DNA of 64,000 nucleotides from Tubiluchus corallicola. Its lineage: Eukaryota; Animalia; Priapulida. The notes beneath the pieces were generated by a model. It had not been told where the DNA came from, did not search any database, and was given only the letters and a program-made list of their open reading frames with translations. The stretch spans positions 2,380 through 66,379 of the forward strand of contig JAQGDQ010001060.1 in assembly GCA_030141605.1 (NCBI GenBank), given 5' to 3'. A program made the translations under genes and the position numbers. Shown here one piece after another: positions 23,418-36,200 of this stretch (position 1 is its first letter; the number at the start of each line of letters is the position of its first letter).

Positions 23418-25459
23418 ATTTAACTGCCATAATGGCCTATTGCTGAAGATATTTTCGAAAATGATGATACTACAAAAATTTCTTTCTATCAAAATTATTT
23501 CTGACAAATCTGATTCACATTACTATGTATTAACTTTGTGTAATTATTGAAGTTCTTTTATATTTTCATTGTGGTTTTTTACATTTTTGTTTTGCAGGAA
23601 TACTTTTACATTTATACATAATATTCTTATAGATAAACTTTTAGCACAAATACGATTTGCTTTCATAATTAGCTCTGGTATTTGTTCTTGTATTTATTAA
23701 AATACAATATATATTGTACGTGCAGCTGCAGAGTCACTGTGTAACTTGAACTATATGTAAAAACATCTATGTTATATGTGTCAGTGTCTGAGATAAAATT
23801 TGTACCAAAAGCTATGTAGAATTGATTTTTTAATAACTAAATCACTTATGCTTCGTAAATCTTCCAACATGAATATTTGCAAGACCCTTCGGCAGTTCTG
23901 TAGTTACTGTATTATGCATTTAAAAATATAGTTTTTATTTCCACCTGCCACTAACTTTACTTACATTCATTTTTGCCACGTGAGCAAATGAAAATCATGT
24001 GCGCTATTTTTCAACAATAGTCATTATAGTGCTGTGCTGAACTGAATAATACTGCATTCTTACACTCTGGTAGAATTTGACATGGCACAAATTTGTTGAT
24101 TTTTGCTTACAAGTAAAGCCTTAGTTAACATAGCAGCTCGGTACATGTACAAGTGTAAACTTAATTTTTGATTTGCAGCCTTGCAGCTTATTATTTATGA
24201 GATAACAGGTAATCTTTAAAGTCATCAATTGTATGCATTCTTTATGATTCTTAAATGATATAATCATCTGATAATTATATACTAAGTGAACATAGTACTG
24301 TAGGCTTTTACTTAATTTCCATTTTAAATGCATATTGTCCTTGTCAAAAGCGAGTGCGTGAGTTGGTAGGGGCATTTGTGCCAAAATTTCTTTAAAATAT
24401 TTTGCAGTTTTTCAAATTTGTTTCAATGGGCGTCAGAATCGGTGATTGTTCATGCTCGAATGATGATGATGATGATTATGGTGGTGATGATTTATGTTAC
24501 ATTTCGGATCTAGTTTTCTTTGTTTGTCTCAAAGTGCCAAATTCTCTTGCACAAATATAATTTGCTAACAAAGCACTGAAGACTATTTTAATTGTATATA
24601 CATTTTTGGAGTTGGTGCTAATCTAAATCATATCAGTAAAGATCTTTGGTAGAGTTACACATTTCCAGCAGCTAATACTTTTCAATAAATGTAAAATTTT
24701 TGATAAATGCTATTTTTGTAAATTGTACATTTCACTTTCTGTTATCATTCTATGCAGAATTGCTTAAAATGGCTAGCTAAATGTATGACTTACAATCTCA
24801 TTTTTATACTTTTTTACAACTGCATAATGTTTTTGTTAGAATTCGTTTTTATATAAACAATGTTAATTTACTGGTTATGCCAAATGAAATTTTGATAAAT
24901 ATTTAATAAATGTTTTGTTGAACTGTATACCTTTCTCGAAAAGCAATAAGTCTAAAGGCATACATTATCAATTGTATGGCTTTTTGCAAAATAATAAAAG
25001 CAGCAACTACTACAAGCACTATTGCGAGTTTTAACTACATTGAAATTAAATGTACTCATATTTGTGGCTTTGCATCTTGGTATTTCTCACCAATTACAAC
25101 AAAGTTTGCATGTCAAAAATTGCCTCTTCATTTTGTTATAAAAAATCTTGTAGCCTGAAAGATATTGCTTAGAATATTAAAAAACATAATTCTATCCATA
25201 TTTTGCCGATAAACAGTAAATTGCTATATAAAAGTTGCTAATTACCATGCATCAAGTAACGTAACCTATATTTGCAAAATGAGTCAGGGGGATGCTAAAA
25301 CATCAACTACTTGACAAGAATAAAAGCAATACGTCACATCATAAAAATGTGTTTTATTAATATGTTAAATAAATATACCATTAGTTTAAACAAGAATTTA
25401 ACAAGAAATGCACAAAATATTTAGCGCTCGTAATCTAGCACTACATCGTGGCACGTTAA

Positions 25460-25998
25460 AGGAAGACCGGACGATTGTTTAGACTCAATCTCATTTTTAT
25501 TTACCGTGCAAAATATACATTTTCTTGCCTAGAAAAGTTAACAATTGTTCCTTATATTTGAATAATTTGCTTAGAAGGTTAATTAACGGCAACCGAACAC
25601 AGCTATTGCTTACATCAGAAACTAACCACAGTTTGTGCAACGGCAGGCGTCTTCTTTTGCGCGTCAAGCACATTTGCATAGGTGTTACAGTACTGCTTAA
25701 ATGCCTGATGTCGCGAAAATTGGGATTTACATGATATGACATCGCGAAACTAACAGCAATTCATGATCATGGTACAGCCTTTTATTTGTCGGCCACGCGC
25801 ACGTGCCAAAAAGGTGCCGCTGCCAAACTTAGTAGATTCACCGAGCCGCGTGTAGCTTTGAAAGTTTAACGAAATTTGAGTATCCGAGGTAATTATTATT
25901 TAAACCAAGCTTTGATTTAAAATAAGTTATTGTAGTTTTCAATATTTTAGAGCATTCTTTATTCTGAACTCGTGTTTACACAATCATCCGGTTTTCCT
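25460..25998. mobile_element. Kolobok-like non-autonomous DNA transposon (TTAA target duplication)
   Basis: TTAA|AGGAAGACCGGACGATTGTTTAGAC ... GTTTACACAATCATCCGGTTTTCCT|TTAA: imperfect TIRs of about 25 bp with RR..YY termini. Confidence 0.8.
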
Positions 25999-27266
25999 TT
26001 AAGATCAACTAAGTGAGACACACAACAGTTTTGTCATATTCGAACTTAGAAAAATTACAATCACATGAGATACATACAGTCGAGTAAAATTCTGACACTC
26101 GTACAGCTTGCATTCCACACTTTCTCGTGGATGAAAAAAATGGTTCAGAGTAAAACTTCTTTGATATGCCACAGTGCCGCAAAAGTATTTAACAAAATTG
26201 CTATCTGTGCAGAGAAAAATTCTGAATTATATTTATGCTGGGAGAAAAACAAGTTATCTATTTTCCAGAAATATCTATTGCAGTAAGAAATTATAGCAGT
26301 CAATGCCGGGCAAATGAAAGTTACATTCTTTTCACACAATTTAAAATAGTCAACAAAGTCAACAGTTAATTATTTTTAACACTGCCTGATAACATATGCA
26401 TTCTTAATAGATCATGGGCCAGACGAGATAACAATACCACCTCGGAGGACACAACATTACATAGCCTAAATTATTAGAAGGATCAATATACATAAATTAG
26501 TACAATAAACTTTTGACAAGGGTAGTTTTTCGTATTTCTCAGACACCTTCATTGTTTCCAGGTTGCATCATTTACCAACAGCGCATAACCATGAAAATGA
26601 TAATAGCAATTACATAATTTGGAGAATGAAAATCAATAAATGTTATACATAAAATGTTACTCAAAGCAATGAAAGAAATGTGCTTGAATTTTTATATACA
26701 CTTTTGAGATTCAGTTCTTCAAACAACACTAAGTGATTGGCAAAAGTAGCATAATTGCAAGTAATCTAGACACAAAAAATGACATGGAGAGAAGTTTTCT
26801 AAAAAAAGCTTTTTCGGTTAGAAGACAAAGTCCAGCACTTCAAGAGGCAATACCATTAATAAGATGCCAGCTAATATGCTTTATCATATACAAAATGTAG
26901 ATAAGTATAAAAAATAAAAAATGCATCTAACATTTGACCCTAGAGATGATACCGACACTAGAAATTTTGAATGTTGGCATATGAACTGTAGTAACAATGC
27001 TCAGCTTGACAACCAAAACAAATGGTACGACTGGTAGAAAAGAAATTGCCCAGTCCAGTAATTAGCAAAACGATGGCAGTACCTATCAAGAAGCACCTAT
27101 CTGAAATTTGCAAAATACAAAGACCACCATAGCACAATTTATCACTTTAACTATCAAGTGTACAATCTATACCTGTCCTATACAATCTATAACGAAATAA
27201 ATTGTCCTCATTAATGTTTGCTCACTGCTAACGGTATTATAAAAAAAATCCCAATTGATTAGAAAC

Positions 27267-30200
27267 TTAAAATGCACATGACTTGCGAGCATTACCATCC
27301 TCAGGTGTTAGTGTAGAAGGCAATGAAGGCAAACATGAAAATGGAGGATTTGTCTCTAACTGCTTCCGGTAGCTTTCAGCATCAAATGCTTCGATGTTCT
27401 GTAAAAAAGGAAACAGGTCAATGGAAACCATTGTGAAATAAAAAAGAAACAGATCCGTGCAAACTGCAAAGTGTAAGCAAAACAGTGACTCATAATTTGC
27501 ACCCAAATAGTTATTAACATGTTCAAAAGTAAAAAGAAGTGTATCCTATAGATACAAATAATGAGATATTTTTGAAAAACTTAATGGCAAGTGAACAATT
27601 TAATGGTTTAGACCTTACTTTTCTCACAATAAGAGGTACATCACGAGCAAGACGAGGAAGTTCACGAGGTGTCACTCTACAAAATGGTGATGCTGAGCAC
27701 ATCAAAAGGAAATCACGAGAATACACAATGTTGTTAGATGTGCAAGTGCTGCCCTCATCTGCAAAAATCCAAATTAAAGCAATAAACATCAACTATTACT
27801 ATAACTGAAACTACCATTTACTGATTAACACCAGTTATCGACAAAATACATAACAAAAGTGTCGGAGTCATGCAAAACAGTCCCAAAAACAAATCACAAG
27901 ATATTATGAAAAACAAAAAAACCCATAGTGTCTGAATAATCTGCATTTCAGCTAAAATAATATAGGAAACATGTTGTTCAACAAACAACCCATTAGGTCA
28001 TTTGCTCAGACTGCATAATATGTTGCAACATATAAAAACATAAGTCATAAAAGAAGAAGATTTGCAGTACTGGTAACAAAACTTCAAAAACATTAAGAAA
28101 AAGTGAACTTGAAAACTCACTAATCACCGCGGCTTCGTTGTGCTGAGTATTACCATCATTGCATGTTAAATCAATTGTATTACTAATATCCGGTGGAGCA
28201 GAGTTGCGGTTTGCACGCTGCTCGTTCACTGTTTTAGCAAACTGTGCACGTCTGCTCTTTCCACTAGTTTGACTAGATGCATCAGATTTTTCAGCGACGT
28301 GAAAAGCTTTAGGTGAACTGTTTGGAAATAGCGGCTGCCTTATTACAACCATCTATAGTAGCATAAAAAAAGATTAGACAATTTATAGAAAAGAATCTGC
28401 TAATCATTATTATATAAAATTATCAAGAAAACAGATTGTTATGCAAGTTTCATTTTTTCCTGTCAAAAGAAATTCTCAGAACTGATTTCACATAAACAAA
28501 ATCCACCAAAAACATCTGCAACTCAATCGTGAATCACAAAATTGCAAAATCAATTTTTTTACTTTTGGTTACTTAGTTCAGCGTAGTTCGCAATTCTTAA
28601 ATACTTCCTAGTTTTAGTACTTTTAAAAGTTTAGCATTTTGTAATGATAATGCCTAATATTTGTTTTGATAAAGTATTTGTTCCTCTTTGTTTTCATTTG
28701 TTTATTTAATCTCTTTGTCATGTAAAACGTTGCTTAAATTTTAGTTTTTTTTCCATAGCTTACCATATAAAATGGGGCCTAAATCTTAGTTTTTTCCATT
28801 AGTTTTAGTTTATTTAGTTTTCGGTTGTTTCTTGATTTATATAACGTTATTGCCATTATTAGTATTTACCTTTTGAAAATATATGAAAAATAAATACCAT
28901 ATCTATCACTTCAAGACCCAAAACTAACATTAAGCGTGTCTGATTTTCAAAACATTGTTTGAAGCACTTACTGTAAGGATGAAAACATGACTTTATAATT
29001 ACAACAATATCCGATCATTAATCATAGAGCTCACCTGCTGAGGATATGCAGTTTGATAACCATAAGCTAGATCCAGATGTGCAGCCGGATGATCTAACAT
29101 TGAAGAACGATTCTGTTTCACAGGAAAACAAGATTTGCGAAGAAGTAATGGTGAAGTTTGTGGCTGGTTCATCTAACAAAATTTAAACTTATACTAACAT
29201 TTTAACATCTTAAAGAAAACAGCCACAAAGAAAAAAATGCAAATGTCACAACTTCAAATTCCAATTGTTGTAAGTAGAAAACTTCCTATCTATTTCAAAA
29301 AATACATGTATACAGTTGCTGGTCTAAGGATAATATACAGTAAAATACTGTATGTACTTTAAATGTATGAATACAATAATATCACGTCAAATTTAGAAAA
29401 AACAGTAACAAATACTACGAAAACTTTAGTTCAAACCAACATTTAAATTTGCCTCGCTTCAATACTGCACGTAGTCTGTTACTACATACGCTTTGACTAC
29501 AAGATAACTAAAATATGCCTTCTTGCCCTCAAATACTTACGGTCAACTCATTCAATTTAGTTTTTGTTAGATGTTTAAGTAAACAAATTCAAGTTTCCAA
29601 ACTCTGTCAAAAAACTAAAAACTAATCTGCCCTTGATATATATATATATATATCACTATTTTATTGAAAAATTACCGTAAGTTCTATTGCCACACATAAC
29701 TTACTTAGCCCTTGTCAGACAAATACAGAGATACAATATTTTGATAATGAAACCACTTACAAAACGTCAAATAATGTAATCTACAAAACATTTTGGAAAC
29801 ACTTCCATAAACAAAACATCAACAATTACTAAAAAGCATGCAAGCAAAACTGTGCATAAACTTATTGAGACACGTTCAAAACACTTAAAATGAAACAACC
29901 TCAGAGTACATTCTCAAAGTCATGATAAAAATATTTACCAAGTCACTAAAACACTTATTATATAACAGCTACACCTACATTTTGCGACACAATGATCCAA
30001 ACTGTACACATAAAAAGCAAAATGATACTGAGATTAATGAAACCAAGGAAAGCAATAATTATCAAAACAGTGTTATGACATGCTGGCCTTTTGATTAAGC
30101 AACAAACAAATGTAGCTACATTTTTGAAAAAGACAATAGCCGTTAGCATTTTTAACATGGAGACTCTATATAGAATCACTTTATGTGTGCAGACTTATTC

Positions 30201-33200
30201 ATAATTAATTGCAGAACGACCAAATTAACATACTAGTCTTGAACTAATTATTTTTATGAACTTATATTCATTTTTCACCTTATACATACCTACAAACTGT
30301 CAGCGATATGCAGTGACACATACACTACATGCCACATGCATACATATAATTTATGAATATAAACTCACTGAGTAGAAGACTAGAGGTACCTTCATCGGTG
30401 ACGAGGGTGACAATACAGTACTGCTGGTGACTGTTGCTGGACCTTGCAGATGAGAAGACACCACTGTGCTTTCTGTATGAAGATCTGGTGAAGTGTACGA
30501 TCTTGTTCGATTATTAGTACCAGACGGTGAATACTTCTTCAACTTTTTTTCTATTTCTGAAAAACATTTATCTTTTATATAGTTATTTAAGATGCACACT
30601 TGCAAGTTTCAATTTTGTACAAAGTAAAAAGTAAAGGGATAACTGGCATGCAAAAAGCTGCGAGATTAATACTGTATTATTTGGACAAGTATTAGTGAAA
30701 TTATAATAGATATTATAATATCACCGCACACTCCACATACAGCATTTTTAAGTAGAAAGCCAGCTGAGGCTATTATATTACTATTACTACACTTTAAAAC
30801 CTGCAATGGCTACAACTCAAAAAAGCATTTAGCAAACATTTCAGTAGCTCAAATTAGAAAAAGGAAGTTTGGTTTCACTTAAACAAATAAATAAAATGGA
30901 AATTCTTGCCATAAAAATCCAAAAAATCAAACAAAAACTCTTAAAGAGAGTTTCTGTCACGGCAGATATTACAGCAAATTGTGTTGTAATTATAATTTGT
31001 TTTGCAGGTCTAAAAATTAAAACTATCTAAACGATTAAAGTTCTAAAGTTGTACTAAAAACAAATTAAAAATATCTGAGCAAAACAACATCACAAAGCGG
31101 ATTTAAATTTGGCCTTACCTTGGCCTCAATAAGCCATCTGCTACAAATGAACTAGTACATTCTTACTCCTTAACATCAGCAATAATGCTGCATTAAACAA
31201 ATGAAACAGTGTAGATCTGAAAGTTTTGCACAACAACGAAAAACTAAAAGACAAGTTTCAACAATTTTGTACCTTGATGTTTAGAATTAAATTTCCTATC
31301 TCCCGATTCTTTATTTGCTTGATGATCATCAGAAATAGATCTGAAAAAAGTACAGTTCAAACTATAGTGAAACAAGGACAGAAAGCACAAAAAGAGGTTG
31401 ATAATTGAAAGCCAGGCAATGTGCTGGTGAGAATAAAAGATCTGCTCAACTTCTACTTCAGAAGAAAGGATCACAGAAAATGCAGCATATTACAAATTCA
31501 CAAGACACACAAGCTATACGAAAGCATGAGATGACACAAAAAAGTTTCCAACTGCAAACCTTTTAATTTAGCACCTTGAATGATTACAAAACAACTCCAC
31601 AAGAGTTAATATGTAATCTCTTAAATGGACATAAAAATGGAAATTCATTAATTTTCTACAGCAGGCTATATAATCCCTTTAGAAAGTAACAAAACAAAAC
31701 AGCTTAGACAGTTTACCTTTTCCTACAGAATTCCTGGGTGGGATTCGCCCGTTCAGTATCACCATGACTACCAGGTTCTTCATCTCCACATTCACTCGAC
31801 TGCCGAGATGAAAGCCGATTCTTACGTATTGGCGCACCACCAATCTTCCAATTAGAAATCTGCAGAAAAAGTTTGGTCATTTCAGATACAACAAACAAAA
31901 TAGAACTATAAATAAACATGTGCATCAAAAACTTGGCAACTTTTCCCTTTTCATCATTTATACAATCACTATACCTCATTCAAAAACTAGCAAACTAGCA
32001 TTTTCGAGAAGCAAAACTGAAAAAGCTAAATTTGCCACTGTCTTTATTAACACAGGCATATTTTTCTCTTCACAGAAAATTTGGCAAAGAAAACTAATTC
32101 AATGCAGTTTTTATAGAAACCTGACAAGCAAAAAATTTCCATTTCTCATGACAGAAAATTATCATGGAAACTTGCTCAAGTGAACTAGCCTTAATGCACA
32201 AATTTCCATTCTGTGAAGTTATCCATATAATGCTAATTAAGGCTTCTAGCACATGTGATAAAATTATTTATGAAAAGTTCTAAAATGCAATTGGTTCCTT
32301 TTATTTTAGTTGTGCAAATTACATGACTAAATGACATAGTATTTTACCTTATATCGTATTACATTACACTACAATACATTATATTACATTATATGATTGA
32401 AACATAAATTTAATGTTTAGCAAACCAACAACTGGACAGACAAATGACTTTCTTTTAATTAATTATCTTTATAAAATGACAGAATTTCCAAAACACTTGT
32501 AGAGTATTTGTAAGTAAAAACACACATACCTCTTCATTAGTTGGTGTCTGAAAAAAATAACGTAAATTTTGTCAATATTAAAACTACAGTTGATAACAAA
32601 CTGTAATAAATATTATGCTTATCATTTTCAAAATTAAAGCTTTTTTATGTGCACGAGTATTCAAATAATCAAGGCTTTGAATATTTTTTACTACTCAAAT
32701 AATAAAATATTGTTCAAATATCGATGCCAACCACTCACTTACAGAGACAAAAATCTCTCACGCCAAGCCAACATCGTTGTCACGATAAAAACAATCAGCC
32801 ATCTTTGTTGCCGTATGGCAGAAAAAAAATCATTCCACTGTCAGCTTACTTCCCTGGATAATACTAATTCACTAAGAAGTCGAGCACATTTTTAGACATC
32901 CTTAATGGCATTAAAGGGCAAAGAAATTGGTATGGGAACATTTCCAAAAAATTCATTCAAACAGTGTAAAATGTTCATTATACAAAAACAAATAAAAAAT
33001 CAACAAGCTTTACATTAAATTGTGTAGAGCTCATGTTCAGGTTAATGTAGTAATACTGCAGTAATTAATACTACAGTTCAGTCCACACAAGAAGGTGGGT
33101 GCAGATAAATTTATCTTTAAAGCTCAGCAGGTGGTCGTGACTTGCCAATTAACATAGCTCAGCCCAGACAACATCGTAGGTCTGCCTATATTTATCATTC

Positions 33201-36200
33201 CGACTAAACAATTAACAAACACAGTAGTACAGTAACTGCTGTGCGTGTTTAAATATTTCTACGTGTAGGCACCACGATGAGCATGAAAGTAAAGTATGCT
33301 AGGGTCAAATGTTCGATTATTTGAATAACTTTTCCTTGAGTATTCGAATAATCAAATATTCAAACACTCTCACCCAATAATATACTGTTACAACATTTAC
33401 CTTTGACTTCAGTTACAATGTTATCTATTTATTATTATGACTAAAGTTCGGCAAAAATTAGCACATGATCCTAAACAACAACTAAATCATTTCCCCTTGG
33501 CCCCGAATTGAAATACATAAGAACCTCTTCACTTCAATTCACATCGAAACTGCATGTGTGTATAATAGCAAACGATAAGAGTAATAAAAACAAATTTCCA
33601 AACAAATTTTACAGTTTATCTATTAAGATGAAGAATAAATTTATTTTGATGTGCATACTGAACATTAAAACAGAAAAACTGCTTCTATAGTGCTATATGT
33701 GCACTAGAGTAAGCAAAAAGATGCAGTAACAGATAAGAAATTTAGCTTATTAATAAGAAATAAATATCAAAATTATTATACAGTAGCAATATAATAAATG
33801 TCCACATAAAATTATGCCCAATAGTAGTAAAATAATTTAAATACACTAGGTTGAGCCTGGTTAGTAAATGAATGGATGACTGTCTTATTTTGTCTCATCT
33901 TAGAGGATTTTGTGGATCCTGGATAATGATCTAACTTCAAGTCACCACAAGACATATGTGCATTAAGAAAGTAATGTTCACAACTTAAGAGTGCCACACT
34001 ACATAAAAACTTGTGAGGAAATTATGAGCAAAAATTCTTTATGTACAACAAATTAGGGTTTTACATGCATAGCAAAATAAATCAAGCTTCCTGAAATATT
34101 TAAGTGTTTGAAAGCTTGGAAAACCAAAATATGCACTGCAATAAGAAAATTATTCTTAAAAATTTATAAAACAAACAGACCTAGACATTTCCATGAAGTG
34201 TACATTTATTTTTTTTTACAAAATTGTACGATTAGTGCATTACGTATTTATTTTCAGTGAAGATTTTTGGATAATTTTTGTTCTGTTTTGCACTAAATCA
34301 CGGACAGCATCACACTTGCAAAAAGCAATGGAAAAAGTCAAGAAGCGGCTATTGTGTCTTGAAGGAGAACAAAAGTTAGTGTCTTGACAGTGTGCACAAA
34401 TGTAGATCCAAAAGTTTGTTAGAAAAGCAGGTAACTGGAACCGAGATACAGAAACCGAAAGTTAGCACCACCAGTGCCGGAACAGTACAAACATAGCTTC
34501 TGCTTAGAGCAAATCCTAGAATAAGAACATGCTTCAGTGGGAATAAGTTTGTTTCTTCACAAAACTAATTATAATAATGGTGGTGAACTAAAACAAACAA
34601 GAATAAAGAGAATAAGGTAAAACTAACCTTCGCATCATCCCCGTCTAAACTAAAATGTTGTTCTAAAACTTGCTTTGCTACCTGTAATAACAGTAAGCTG
34701 AAAACTCTAATTACAAATACAAGAATATTTTTCAGCAGTCATGCTATTACAGCACTGTAAACAAATGTCAATAACCGACAACAAAATACCAAAGCAAAAT
34801 TTGACCTAAGGGCAGATACACGAGTCAAAAGATACAAAGTATCTTACTTTTAGAATGTCTGCCCGACCGCACGCAAGTCTCAGCGTTGTATCTCTTATGA
34901 CCAATGAACAACGATGAATGTACTGAAATAAAAAAGCCAAAATAATGCTGAGCTCCATAGTGATAAGATACAAATTGTTTTCACTCAAAAAATTCTGCAT
35001 TGAATGGAAGGCAAAAGCAAAAACTTGTGATATGAACCCAATTAAAAAAATAAATTGTTTATACGAGTATGTGGGTGTAACCTTTTTTCAATATTTTTCA
35101 ATAGCATTTACCAATTGCCTAACATTTTATAAATGCAAAGTATCGACATATTTGTGTCTCACTTCCATTATATCTTCCTAAATGTTTATTTTTTAATCAA
35201 CATATTGGAGGAAACAAGAAACTCGTTTCCAGCCATTTTTGCTAAATTTAAGAAGTTGTAATGTAGAGAACAGGACCATTTCAGTCATGTACTAGGCAGT
35301 CTGACACTGCCTTGAGAAACTAAAGTCTACTAGCAGCAAACTGATACACCACAGAATATCCAGTAAAAAAGTTTCCTCAAGGTTTATGACCCCTGTTTTT
35401 CAATACTGTATGTATACCTCACTCTCCAAGATGTCACAAGGATCATCACTGGCTAAGCTATTCGCTGATGCATTCCTGCTACCCATAGATGTACCTGGCT
35501 TTCGGCCATCATCTGAACACAAACTAGATGTGCTTCCTAGTCTAGAAGCCTACAAATTTTTTTCAGGTTTAAAGTAATTAGATTTTCAAATTCACAACAC
35601 ATGTTTATGACAATAAATTTAACTGTGAACAAGAGCATACATAATATACGTGTACAAAAAGTACAACTCTTACAACATGAGTCTATATAAATACACATTA
35701 CATTAAACTAAGTACAAAAAAACTAATGAAAATTGTAACAATATCTGAAACAAAATGTAACTATTCACAAATCCAAACAACACAAACAAGCTAAATTAGT
35801 AACATAAAGCTTTAAGATGAAGCTGACTAGGATTGCAAAAGTTTTTGCAAAATATTTCACTTTACACTAAGTATTATTACTAATTATACCAGTGGTTTTC
35901 TGGTTAAAGCACTTGAAAAAACATTGTTACATACCCGCACAGGAGATGCATTACGCTTTATAGTATCTTCAATTAATGCTTTTGCTTGGCTAAAAAATAA
36001 AAAAGCAAATGTTGGTGATGATAATACATTAAACAAGACTGCCAAACAGTTACAGCAATTTCAGTTTCAGAACAAGTGAACTTACATAATGTTCTCTTCT
36101 GATGGACCTGTTATTTGCACTGTCCTCTCCTTGGCACCCTGATTAGCTGAAAAACAGCAATTATTTTTACTAGAGTTCTCTAGTTTTTGATGAACAACTT

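Noticed and set aside
33400-33430. Possible 24-nt Mextli exon (DNIVTEVK)
   Set aside because: It is open only in phase 1, while the flanking exons are phase 0, where it contains TAA.
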